A stretch of 64,000 bases of DNA from NCBI GenBank assembly GCA_963793265.1, contig CAWBZI010000003.1, positions 1 through 64,000 on the forward strand, given 5' to 3'. A program made the translations under genes and the position numbers. Of the stretch, positions 1-9,026 are shown piece after piece (positions within the stretch are counted from its first letter, which is position 1; each line of letters begins with the position of its first letter). Under the pieces are notes generated by a model. That model worked only from the letters and a program-made list of their open reading frames with translations, searched no databases and had not been told where the DNA came from. The DNA is from an uncultured cyanobacterium. GTDB lineage: Bacteria > Cyanobacteriota > Cyanobacteriia > Phormidesmidales > Phormidesmidaceae.

Positions 1-657
1 AACAACGGCCTGACCGAAGAAATAATTTTTGAACTGTAGGCTCAGTGCGTTCTCAACCTGCTGGCCTAAGTCATTAGGAAGCCACTTATAAAGGCCCTGC
101 CAGAAAGATTCTCCATACAGCAGTAGGTACAGCGTCAGTACGGCGGTGAGCACCACGTCTAGCAGGCGATCGGCAAAGCCCAGCAGGAAGTCTAGGAGCT
201 GGCCGGGCAGCAGCTTTAGCTCCACAGGCAATAAGTTGGCAAGCTGCGTGGTCAGGTCGCTAACGTCGAGGCTTTGGGCGGCTTCTAGCTTATCGATTTC
301 GGTATCGAGGACTTCTAGCTGCTGACTGCCAGAGGTCACCCATTTGGGGAGCTGAGTGGCAAGATCGGTGATTTGGTTGAGCAGGATAGGTGCGATCGCA
401 CCTACGCCCAAAGCCACAGCGCCTAAGGCCAGCAGCACAATCGCCGTGACGCTGTAGCCCCTTGGCAAACCTGTGCTCTCTAATAAACAAACCAAATAGT
501 CAAGCAAAAAAGACAGCAGCGTCGCCACGACAAAGATGCTCAGCAGCGACTGGAAATAATGAATGCCCTGAAACAGCAGCCAAAAGTTAAAAATGGTTAG
601 CGGAATTGCCAGTTCCCAAACTAGCCATCGCGGTAGTTTGCTCAGCAGGTTAGTCAC
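1..657 (-). CDS. AI-2E family transporter (3' end runs off the window)
   Basis: Manual translation from GTG at 657: MTNLLSKLPRWLVWELAIPLTIFNFWLLFQG...LLSFLLDYLV...IAPILLNQITDLATQLPKWV...LTLYLLLYGESFWQGL...FKNYFFGQAVV. Open to base 1 and absent from the ORF track. Confidence 0.85.
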   Translation of the reverse strand, partial: MTNLLSKLPRWLVWELAIPLTIFNFWLLFQGIHYFQSLLSIFVVATLLSFLLDYLVCLLESTGLPRGYSVTAIVLLALGAVALGVGAIAPILLNQITDLATQLPKWVTSGSQQLEVLDTEIDKLEAAQSLDVSDLTTQLANLLPVELKLLPGQLLDFLLGFADRLLDVVLTAVLTLYLLLYGESFWQGLYKWLPNDLGQQVENALSLQFKNYFFGQAVV

Positions 658-759
658 TGTGATTTTAAATTCTCCGAGGCGCAAGTATTGCCTACGATAG
701 CAACTATTGCTCCGGCTGCTATCCGCCTAGCGCCATGCAATGCTGGTTTCCATAGGGTC

Positions 760-2013
760 TTAAGCCTTAGCCTGGGTGATAGCTGTTGCCTCATGCGGCC
801 AGATTCTCATAGACAGATAGGCCAAAACGTAGAATAGCCAGTTGATGTTATCTGTCATAAACGAGCTTTCGGTGATGTTGTAAGACGTAACGAGCAGCAT
901 CACCGCTAAAGGCCATGACTCCTCTGGAGACTGCGCTTTGTAAGCATATTTTAATGCCAGCGCCCAGGTAGAAATAAACCCGGCTAAAAAGAGTCCTAAC
1001 CCCAGCCATCCTGAATCTAGCAAGATATCTAGAAAGCCGTTGTGCGAATGATACGTGTAGAACCCTGGGAACAAGGTATCACCGATGTGTTGGGCCGCAG
1101 GATTTGCTTTTGTCCAAAACGCAGAGAATCCATAGCCAAAAAAAGGTTTTTGGTTGATTTGATCAACGACGGCCACCCAAATATCAGTTCGGCCTGACAT
1201 TGTAGGATCTTTTCCTAATCCAGAAACCAGCGCCACCCAGTTACTAATGATGCCGCCAATAAAAACAAATGAAGAGAGGGTTGCTAGATCAAGAGCCAGA
1301 ATAGTTTTACCGCCTTGCCACCGATACCTTTGCCACATCGTTATCGAAAAATACCAGAAGATAAAGAGCACTAATGCTGTTTTTGAGGTGGATAAAATGA
1401 CCAGCATAGGGCACAAAAATAGACCGACTCTGGCCAGTCTGGCAACAATGCGATTGGTGTTTTTGAAGCTAAGCAGGTAAAAAACTACTAGCGCCCACAG
1501 CATTGAACCTGAGAACTCGTTTTTGTTAGCATAAAACCCTTTCCATGCACCAGCAAACTTATCACCGACGTGACGACCGACTGAAGGCATCGCAAAGACA
1601 TAAAACAAGTTGCTAATGACGGTGATACCCATAGCCGCAGCGATAATGTGTAGCTGGTCTTTCGGGCTAAACCGAGACGTAAAATACAGCCCGAAGACCG
1701 ATATTTGTAACAGCGACTTGATGATGCCTTTGAAGGTTAGCCCTGGATAGATAGACCAGGAGATAGAGAGCATACACAAGCCAAAGAAAAGCCAGAGAAA
1801 ACCGCCCTTAGGTAGAACGTGCAGAAATGTTTGCCATCTGAGCACTAGAAAAACGGATGAAACGACTAGAATCGAGTATCTAATTGCCGTCACAGCGACA
1901 GGCAGGGTTTCACTAAAAGTTGCCCACCAAAACCCTGTGTAGAAAAGAAAGCTATAGGCGCAAAACAAAACTTCAGTAAATGTAATCAGCCGGTTGATTT
2001 GACGATGCAGCAT
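760..2013 (-). CDS. O-antigen ligase / Wzy-like polysaccharide polymerase
   Basis: Multi-TM protein with WKGFYANKN, STSKTA, TMSGRTDIW, PFFGYG and HSHNGFLDILLDSGWLG motifs typical of Wzy_C/O-antigen ligase. Confidence 0.85.
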   Translation of the reverse strand: MLHRQINRLITFTEVLFCAYSFLFYTGFWWATFSETLPVAVTAIRYSILVVSSVFLVLRWQTFLHVLPKGGFLWLFFGLCMLSISWSIYPGLTFKGIIKSLLQISVFGLYFTSRFSPKDQLHIIAAAMGITVISNLFYVFAMPSVGRHVGDKFAGAWKGFYANKNEFSGSMLWALVVFYLLSFKNTNRIVARLARVGLFLCPMLVILSTSKTALVLFIFWYFSITMWQRYRWQGGKTILALDLATLSSFVFIGGIISNWVALVSGLGKDPTMSGRTDIWVAVVDQINQKPFFGYGFSAFWTKANPAAQHIGDTLFPGFYTYHSHNGFLDILLDSGWLGLGLFLAGFISTWALALKYAYKAQSPEESWPLAVMLLVTSYNITESSFMTDNINWLFYVLAYLSMRIWPHEATAITQAKA

Positions 2014-2314
2014 TGAAAATAATACTCAAAAAATTATGCATAAATTAAATGCATAAATGTCCGTAGATGCACTGATTTCTCAGGTGACTTTAAAGACGAA
2101 GAGGGTAAGAATATGTTCGCTGGCAATGCTCAGCAGACTGATAGGTCTTGCGCTTCTATCAGATGTCAGATCGGAGTTTATTTAGGCCATTACTTGGCTC
2201 AAACAAATTAGTTCGGGTTGATATTTTCTATGTACTATTATGAGTAAAAGATACAAAACAGTTTTGATAAATACATAGTTACACAGCCGTTACGCAGCTA
2301 CAGGTCATTGGAAC

Positions 2315-3064
2315 GTGCATAAGTTTTTTAGAGCTGGCATTCTATTTGAGCAGTTTAGATACGTAGAAGCTATTAGAATTTTGCTGGTTGGGCTGGTTCG
2401 CGCTTTGTGCGATCGCGATGCCATCTTCAGCTATTCTCAAACCGGCGAAGACAGAATTATCCACGCTCTTTTGGCAAAGTACAAAGGCCCCTACGGCGAA
2501 GAGAAGGGCTTTTATGTAGATGTGGGGTGCAACCACCCAACGAAGTTCTCTAATACGTTTGAGCTGTATAAAAGGGGATGGCGAGGCATTACGGTTGATG
2601 CCAATCAAACGTTAATGAATCAACACCGACAGAAAAGACCGGCTGATACGAGCATTTGTGCAGCGGTATCTGACAGTGAGAAAGAAGCTATATTTACACA
2701 CTTCAAAGACAGCTTAGTGTCTTCGATGTCTGCTGAGCATATAGAAGTATGGGGAAAGAAAAGAGAAGTCGATACGCAGGAGTCTGTGATTACAGTTACG
2801 CTCAATACCGTGTTGGAGCAGACAAATGCACCCCAAGCCTTTGACCTCCTATCAATTGATGTAGAAGGCCATGACTTCGAGGTGCTCAAGTCAATCAATA
2901 TCGACGTTTTTCAGCCTCAGCTTATCGTGATTGAAATGCACGATTTCCAAATATCGCGCTGTGAAGCCAGTGATATTTACAACTACTTGACAGCGAGGGG
3001 CTATCGAATGGCTGGCTATGTCACGATGAATGGCTTCTTTATGCGAAATGAAGTTGTTGTTTAG
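2315..3064 (+). CDS. FkbM family methyltransferase
   Basis: YSQTGED, FYVDVGCNHP, GWRGITVDAN and DLLSIDVEGHDFEVL motifs. Confidence 0.9.
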   Translation: MHKFFRAGILFEQFRYVEAIRILLVGLVRALCDRDAIFSYSQTGEDRIIHALLAKYKGPYGEEKGFYVDVGCNHPTKFSNTFELYKRGWRGITVDANQTLMNQHRQKRPADTSICAAVSDSEKEAIFTHFKDSLVSSMSAEHIEVWGKKREVDTQESVITVTLNTVLEQTNAPQAFDLLSIDVEGHDFEVLKSINIDVFQPQLIVIEMHDFQISRCEASDIYNYLTARGYRMAGYVTMNGFFMRNEVVV

Positions 3065-4677
3065 TATTTAGCTGCGACCCTGCCTGCTTTTAAACGACAC
3101 ATAACGATTAAGCACGCTAGCAAACCCAAAAGAGAGCTTTTCTCTGGAACTGTCTGATTAGTCAGCCCGCGAACGCGATTGTTAATGCCGTTAAGCACGT
3201 ACACGTTACCCTGGCCGTCCATCGCAATGCCGCTGCCAAGTTCAGTGGCCCCGTAGCCTTCTAAAGAAATGCGTTCTCCGGCTCGATTGAACAGTTCGAT
3301 AGCGTTGTTGATGCCGTTGACCTGGAAGTAGTCTTCGTCGCTTTGGGCAGTTAGATTGAGCTGTCGCATCAAAGCGCTCAACTCTAATGGTTGCGACAGT
3401 CCGCCCCCCGGCTGACCGCCTTTGAACAGAGCCTGCAAGGCTCTAGACGTATCGCTAACTTCAACGGTATTGTTCACACCGTCTACCAGATAGAAGTTAC
3501 CTGATGAGGATTTGCCTGAGCCGCTATCTGTAAATAGGGTGCCTTCGCTAGTGTGGGTCACCTGCAAGCGGCTGTTAAAGCCATCAACAATGTAAACGTC
3601 TTCGCTATCGTCAGCCGTCACCTGAATCGCAGAGCCGACCTTCCAGTTCCCGGTTTCCACGTCGCGCTGAAGCGAGAATGTTTCACTACCCTCTGTTGAG
3701 TTGCCCTCAGCCGTCAGTGACTTGATCCAGCCTAGCTGGCGATCGGGGTTGCCGATGCTGTCGATTATCTCCTCAGCCGACAGGTCTTCATTTTCAAATG
3801 GGCCTTGAGAGATAAGACTAAAAATTGCCTGGGCGTCTTGTTCGCTGAGGCTGTCGGAGAGTAAGTCTCCATTGGCAATGCTGGCGATTTGAGGAAGTAG
3901 GCTGGCAAGGTCAATGTCTGCTTGACCTGTAGGGCCGTTGAAGAATTGGGAGACTAGAGCGATCGCACTCGGCTCGATATTACCTGACTGGCCTAAGTCA
4001 CTGCTGTTGCCAGGTGCAGCTATTTGCAGAGTGTTATTAAACCCGTCTGCAATATAAAAGTTTTGAGCGTCTAGAGTAGGTGGCGCGATCAGGCCATTGC
4101 GCCGACCTGAAGTAGAAATTAGCCCAGGCGCGTCATTAGAGCGCTGAAAAGACTGATTGAAGTCGTCTACTAGGTATGTTTTATTTTGAGCTGCGGTTGT
4201 TACTTCAGAGGTTTTTTGAATCTCAGGCACAAATCCGCTGCGAGTATCTAAAACCTGAAGTGTGTTGTTGATACCGTCTAAGAAGTAAACCTTTCCTAGC
4301 ACCTTAGACAAGTCAGAACTCTCAGCTTTCAGAGCATTTGAATCCATAGCAAGGGGCAAAAACCAGATGCTAGTATCAAATACTTCTAGCGTGTTGTTGA
4401 TGCCATCTACCACATAAATATTAGCCGCATCGTTTATCTGCAAATCAACAGACGTTTGAAACGGCGTGTCTCCTACAGCCTCAACCGATCTTTGGTTGCT
4501 AAACGAAACGGCAGCAGCGGCAGTGGCCTCACAAACCAAGAAAGTGGCAGCGAGCAGAAAGGCTTGAAGAACGCCTCTAGCTTTAGTAGTTTTATTTTTA
4601 GTCTGTCTTCTATAAGATTTCCAGCTTTTGATTAACACCGATAAACTCCATGGGACAAAGGTTTGTTGTAGTAGCAC
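3061..4677 (-). CDS. Secreted PEP-CTERM-type protein with degenerate NHL-like repeats
   Basis: Signal-like N-terminus, about 8 copies of xY(V/L/I)xDG(I/F)NNxxxV, and C-terminal VPEKSSLLGLLACLIVMCRLK (PEP-CTERM-like tag, TM segment, basic tail). Start uncertain. Confidence 0.7.
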   Translation of the reverse strand: MLLQQTFVPWSLSVLIKSWKSYRRQTKNKTTKARGVLQAFLLAATFLVCEATAAAAVSFSNQRSVEAVGDTPFQTSVDLQINDAANIYVVDGINNTLEVFDTSIWFLPLAMDSNALKAESSDLSKVLGKVYFLDGINNTLQVLDTRSGFVPEIQKTSEVTTAAQNKTYLVDDFNQSFQRSNDAPGLISTSGRRNGLIAPPTLDAQNFYIADGFNNTLQIAAPGNSSDLGQSGNIEPSAIALVSQFFNGPTGQADIDLASLLPQIASIANGDLLSDSLSEQDAQAIFSLISQGPFENEDLSAEEIIDSIGNPDRQLGWIKSLTAEGNSTEGSETFSLQRDVETGNWKVGSAIQVTADDSEDVYIVDGFNSRLQVTHTSEGTLFTDSGSGKSSSGNFYLVDGVNNTVEVSDTSRALQALFKGGQPGGGLSQPLELSALMRQLNLTAQSDEDYFQVNGINNAIELFNRAGERISLEGYGATELGSGIAMDGQGNVYVLNGINNRVRGLTNQTVPEKSSLLGLLACLIVMCRLKAGRVAAKY

Positions 4678-4852
4678 CCATAACGTTGAAGAACATTAGA
4701 CATTGAAGTCATCAAATCGCCAATCTCATCTAGCGTACATCGCGACAGGTGATGACTTGAATGACCATTCTTTAGACGAGTTAGGCTATTCTTTCGGAAG
4801 TTAATTTTCAAATTCTTCAAGTAGGGTCGCTATCACAACAGCAACTTTTTAC

Positions 4853-5260
4853 CTACGGGTCATCTGCCACCCAGTTTTCCAAATCAAGATCGGGATAAAT
4901 GCGAAAATCGCTGAGATTGTTTGTCACCAGCGTCAGATTCAAACTTTTAGCATGGCTAGCAATCAGCTTATCCAAGGCATCTCGCTTTCGCTCTGAGGCC
5001 GCTGCCCTCACCGACGCGTATGCCCGAGCGGCCCCTTGCTCAAAAGGCACAGGCCAAATTCGCTTGATCAGCGCATCTAAAGCCCGACGATTCTGCTGCG
5101 CTGCGCTACTACTTTTGTGAATGCCATACTCTAGCTCAGCGAGGGTAATCGCCGAAATCACCACATCTCCCTGACGGCACGCTGCGAACCGCTTAGCCAC
5201 AGCAGGCGGCTGCCGTTTCATAATGTAGATACAGATATTCGTATCAAGCATATATTTCAA
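4853..5260 (-). CDS. vapC: VapC PIN-domain toxin
   Basis: YMLDTNICIY, ISAITLAELEYG, DKLIASHA and LVTNNLSDF PIN motifs; 4-bp overlap with the antitoxin gene. Confidence 0.93.
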   Translation of the reverse strand: MKYMLDTNICIYIMKRQPPAVAKRFAACRQGDVVISAITLAELEYGIHKSSSAAQQNRRALDALIKRIWPVPFEQGAARAYASVRAAASERKRDALDKLIASHAKSLNLTLVTNNLSDFRIYPDLDLENWVADDP

Positions 5261-5490
5261 AACGATTCTCGTTCCTGATTGCCCTGCTCTGGGCGTCCCT
5301 CGGCCATAAAGTCGTCGGAAAAAGTAGAGAAGAGATCCATCACGTCAGTGAGGTAGTCACCTACGGGCGTGATGATGATGCGATCGCCCTGCCGCTCAAT
5401 CTCATAGTCCACATCTAACTGCTCAAACTGAAGCTCTTTAGGAATCCGCACTGCCTGCGAATTACCACTTTGAAAAACCCGAGTACGCAT
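5257..5490 (-). CDS. vapB: VapB/VagC antitoxin (AbrB fold)
   Basis: MRTRVFQSGNSQAVRIPKELQF AbrB motif; ATG at 5490. Confidence 0.92.
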   Translation of the reverse strand: MRTRVFQSGNSQAVRIPKELQFEQLDVDYEIERQGDRIIITPVGDYLTDVMDLFSTFSDDFMAEGRPEQGNQERESF

Positions 5491-5510
5491 AGTTGGTTTC
5501 ACAATCTTTA

Positions 5511-5529
5511 TGTATATACAGTATATACT
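5511..5529. promoter_or_regulatory. Tandem palindromic operator candidate for vapBC autorepression
   Basis: Two abutting perfect 10-bp palindromes, TGTATATACA (5511-5520) and AGTATATACT (5520-5529), 20-40 bp upstream of the vapB ATG. Confidence 0.6.
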
Positions 5530-5586
5530 TTATTTTGATTGGAGATACGTACAGCAAAGTCAGTAAAACGATGGGTTCCAAATGAA

Positions 5587-5660
5587 TCGGGATGGCGGGA
5601 TTCGAACCCACGGCCCCTTCGTCCCGAACGAAGTGCGCTACCAAACTGCGCCACATCCCG
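5587..5660 (-). tRNA. trnP: tRNA-Pro(CGG)
   Basis: Reverse complement reads CGGGATGTGGCGCAGTTTGGTAGCGCACTTCGTTCGGGACGAAGGGGCCGTGGGTTCGAATCCCGCCATCCCGA: cloverleaf, anticodon CGG, T-loop GTTCGAAT, no encoded CCA. Confidence 0.97.
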
Positions 5661-6006
5661 CTACGCTGCACCAGGGCGGCAGAGAGCCCTTAAGCAATGC
5701 ACTAATAAAGCTACCACAAAAGATAAAAAAGTTGGGCGGTGAGTTGAGTCCAACTATCACCGTGAGGCAAAGGGGAACTTTCCCGATTGCATCCCGATTA
5801 GGCAGAGGGAACTTTGAAAGATCTAGCACAATCAACTTAGGTTGATGGGAACCTTGGTTTTGGGCGAGCGATCGCACCCCTCAATCCCAATCACTAGCGC
5901 TAAAGCAGCATCACTCGGTAAACTTCTGAGGATGTCTGCACAGACGAACGATCCAGCTCCCTTTAATTTTTATACTTACTGCACATCTCAACTGCACTTT
6001 ATAACC

Positions 6007-7458
6007 ATGGCTTCAGTCTCTCCATCTACGTTTGTGGGTAAAGAAATCAAGTTTGGCACCGACGGCTGGCGGGGGATTATCGCGGCTGACTTTACCTTTG
6101 AGCGGGTGGGTAGAGTGGCTGCGCTGGCCGCTCAGGTGCTTGAGGAAACCTACGGCAGTAACGGCAGTAAGACGGTGATTGTGGGCTATGACCGACGCTT
6201 TTTGTCTCCTGATTTTGCGCGATATGCGGCAGAAAGTATTGCGGCGGCAGGCTACGAGGTAAAGCTATCAGAGTGCTTTGCGCCGACGCCTGCGTTTAGC
6301 TGGGCGGCGTTTGATCAAAAGGCGCTGGGGGCGGTGGTGATTACCGCGAGCCATAACCCGGCGGCGTATAACGGGCTGAAGATAAAGAGCGCTTTGGGTG
6401 GGTCGGTGCCGCCAAAGGTGACAAGTAAGGTAGAGGCTAGGCTGAAGGAGGAGACGCCCAAGGCGAGTGCGCCTGGGAGCATTACGAGCTTTGATCCCTG
6501 GCCGAGCTATTGCAGCGCGCTGCAGTCGATGGTGGATATTGAGGCGATTCGGCAGGCGGTGGATGATGGCAAGCTGACGGTGTTTGCAGAGGTGATGCAC
6601 GGGGCGGCTTCGACGGGGTTGAAGCGGCTGCTAGAGCGGGAGGTGAATGAGATTAATAGTGAGGCCGATCCTTTGTTTGAGGGGGGTGCGCCGGAGCCGC
6701 TGCCGAAGTATATTCCGAAGCTGTTTAAGGCGATTGAGAATAAGGAGAATGATGGCCTGACGGTGGGGCTGATCTTTGATGGGGATTGCGATCGCATTGC
6801 TGGAATGGACGGGAAAGCCACCTTCCTTAGCTCCCAGGTGCTCATTCCGATTTTGATGGAACACCTGACCAAGCGGCGTGGGATGAAGGGCGAAGTGGTA
6901 AAAACGCTGAGCGGGTCTAACCTGTTTCCGGCGTTGGCGAAACTGTACGATTTGCCGCTGTACGAAACGCCGATTGGCTACAAGTACATTGCCGATCGAA
7001 TGCTGGATGCTGAGGTGCTAATCGGCGGTGAGGAGTCGGGTGGAATTGGCTACGGCCACCATATTCCTGAGCGAGACGCGCTGCTTTCGGCGCTGTATTT
7101 GCTAGAGGCGGTGGTGCAGAGTGGGAAAGACTTTGGCGAGCTGAATGATTCGCTCAGAGCGCAGGCAAACTTTAGCTCGGCCTATGACCGAATTGATTTG
7201 CCGCTGGCGAGTATGGAGGTGCGCGCTAAGCTGCTCGAAGCGTTGCAGTCTAGTACGCCTGCGGAGGTTGCCGGGCAAAAGGTAGACAACTGCATCACAA
7301 TTGACGGCTATAAGTTTAATTTGGTGGATGGTAGCTGGCTGTTAATTCGCTTTAGTGGGACGGAGCCAGTGCTGAGGCTGTATTCAGAGGCGGCGACGAT
7401 TGAGCGGGTGCATGAGATTTTGGCGTGGGCGAAGGACTGGGCGAATGCGGTTGGGTAG
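6007..7458 (+). CDS. Phosphoglucomutase/phosphomannomutase
   Basis: FGTDGWRG, ITASHNP, FDGDCDR, GGEESGG and RFSGTEP motifs; likely start ATG at 6007. Confidence 0.95.
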   Translation: MASVSPSTFVGKEIKFGTDGWRGIIAADFTFERVGRVAALAAQVLEETYGSNGSKTVIVGYDRRFLSPDFARYAAESIAAAGYEVKLSECFAPTPAFSWAAFDQKALGAVVITASHNPAAYNGLKIKSALGGSVPPKVTSKVEARLKEETPKASAPGSITSFDPWPSYCSALQSMVDIEAIRQAVDDGKLTVFAEVMHGAASTGLKRLLEREVNEINSEADPLFEGGAPEPLPKYIPKLFKAIENKENDGLTVGLIFDGDCDRIAGMDGKATFLSSQVLIPILMEHLTKRRGMKGEVVKTLSGSNLFPALAKLYDLPLYETPIGYKYIADRMLDAEVLIGGEESGGIGYGHHIPERDALLSALYLLEAVVQSGKDFGELNDSLRAQANFSSAYDRIDLPLASMEVRAKLLEALQSSTPAEVAGQKVDNCITIDGYKFNLVDGSWLLIRFSGTEPVLRLYSEAATIERVHEILAWAKDWANAVG

Positions 7459-7499
7459 TGCGCAATAATGAGAGAGTGTTCGGGCTTGCTGTACTTTAT

Positions 7500-8168
7500 C
7501 TAACGCGCCAGATCGTATTCGCCGCCTCGATCTAGCGCTTTTTTGTAGGCCGGGCGAGCGTGAATGCGGTCTAAAAAGTCACGAATAGCCGGACGCTTTG
7601 GATCGACTTCACCGCTACCGGCGGCCTCTTCTAGCGGAAAGCTCATTTGAATATCGGCAGCAGTAAAGTCATCGCCAACAAACCATGAGTGCTTCGATAG
7701 TTCGGCATTCATATAGTCTAAATGCAGCGCTACTTGAGGATTGATAAATCCACTTTTGGCTTGCTTTGTAATTGCGCGTGTGGCCTTGCGTAAGAAGAAC
7801 GGCGTTTTCTCTTCGAGCATGTCAAAAACCAGCTTTAGCAGCAGGGGCGGCATGGCAGAGCCTTCAGCATAGTGCAGCCAATAGGTGTAGCGCAGCTTTT
7901 CAGGCGTATCTGGGGCGGGCATCAGGCGTCCATCACCATATCGATTCACTAAATATTCAACAATAGCGCCTGACTCTGCGATGGTTAGCTCACCATCGGT
8001 AATCACCGGAGATTTGCCAAGTGGATGCACTTTGCACAGTGCGTCTGGGGCTAGCATCGTCTGCGGGTTGCGTTCGTAGCGTTTGATGTCGTAATCTAGA
8101 CTGAGTTCTTCTAGCAGCCAGAGAATACGCTGCGATCGCGAATTATTCAGGTGATGGACAGTAATCAT
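7500..8168 (-). CDS. Glutathione S-transferase
   Basis: HHLNNSRSQRILWLLEEL, HPLGKSPV, AESGAI and FTAADIQM motifs. Confidence 0.95.
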   Translation of the reverse strand: MITVHHLNNSRSQRILWLLEELSLDYDIKRYERNPQTMLAPDALCKVHPLGKSPVITDGELTIAESGAIVEYLVNRYGDGRLMPAPDTPEKLRYTYWLHYAEGSAMPPLLLKLVFDMLEEKTPFFLRKATRAITKQAKSGFINPQVALHLDYMNAELSKHSWFVGDDFTAADIQMSFPLEEAAGSGEVDPKRPAIRDFLDRIHARPAYKKALDRGGEYDLAR

Positions 8169-8252
8169 AAGCGCCTTTTCGAGACTTGAGCTAAAACTGT
8201 TGCTTCTACAACAACCTTACATAGATAGTTACAACAAAACGTGCGGCTGTCA

Positions 8253-9026
8253 TCAGCCCGTAGTGTAGTCAATTGCCAGCTTAATCACCAGCGCACTCGT
8301 CACCAGAATAAAAATCGGCTTAATTAGCTTTGCGCCTTTTTTAGTAGCAAAGGTTGCGCCGATAAATGAGCCAGCGCTGACGCCTATCGCACCACAAATG
8401 CCTCTGGAATAGTCGATATTACCTGCGAAGGCAAAGGTAATAAGAGCAGTGAAGTTAGCCAGTAGGTTCAAAACTTTAGCGGTGCCAGTGGCGCGTAAAA
8501 AGTCGAAGGGCCACAGCGATAGCAGCACAAATACGAGAAAAATGCCGGTACCAGGGCCAAAGAAACCGTCATGAAAGCCGATAATCCCACCTGCAAAGAT
8601 ACTCCATAGAATTCTCTTTGTTGGATTGGCGGTGAGTTCATCAGAGGTTTCAGCTTTTGGCTTTGCCATACCAAAGCCAGGATTGAGCACAACAAAAAGG
8701 GTGATCGCGACCATCAGCGCAATGACTAGCGGCTCGGCCCAGGTGGAAGGCAACAGACCGATACTGCGACTGCCTAAGTAAGAGCCCAACAGCGTCGGCA
8801 CTGCCATTACGGCGCAGGCTCGCCAGTCTACCTGTTTGGACTGGGCGAATTTTAGAGAGCTGGTGAGTGCGCCAAAGGTGCCGCAGAGTTTGTTGGTGGC
8901 GATCGCACCACTCACAGGCAGTCCTGAAAACAGCAGCCCTGGCAGCATAATTAAGCCACCGCCACCTGCGATCGCATCGACAAACCCCGCCAGCAACCCC
9001 ACCGCAAAAATTAGGAGTAATATCAT
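8253..9026 (-). CDS. TSUP (TauE/SafE, YfcA-like) permease
   Basis: AGFVDAIAGGGGLI, ATNK and GFHDGFFGPGTG motifs; multi-TM. Confidence 0.92.
   Translation of the reverse strand: MILLLIFAVGLLAGFVDAIAGGGGLIMLPGLLFSGLPVSGAIATNKLCGTFGALTSSLKFAQSKQVDWRACAVMAVPTLLGSYLGSRSIGLLPSTWAEPLVIALMVAITLFVVLNPGFGMAKPKAETSDELTANPTKRILWSIFAGGIIGFHDGFFGPGTGIFLVFVLLSLWPFDFLRATGTAKVLNLLANFTALITFAFAGNIDYSRGICGAIGVSAGSFIGATFATKKGAKLIKPIFILVTSALVIKLAIDYTTG

Noticed and set aside
5790..5799. CATCCCGATT matching the tRNA-Pro 3' end as a possible att site
   Set aside because: Only 10 bp, inverted and on the wrong side of the tRNA; no integrase nearby.
5462..5877. Short track ORFs over the tRNA, and other antisense ORFs nested in long genes
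   Set aside because: They overlap a tRNA or well-supported genes and have no recognisable motifs; treated as shadow ORFs.
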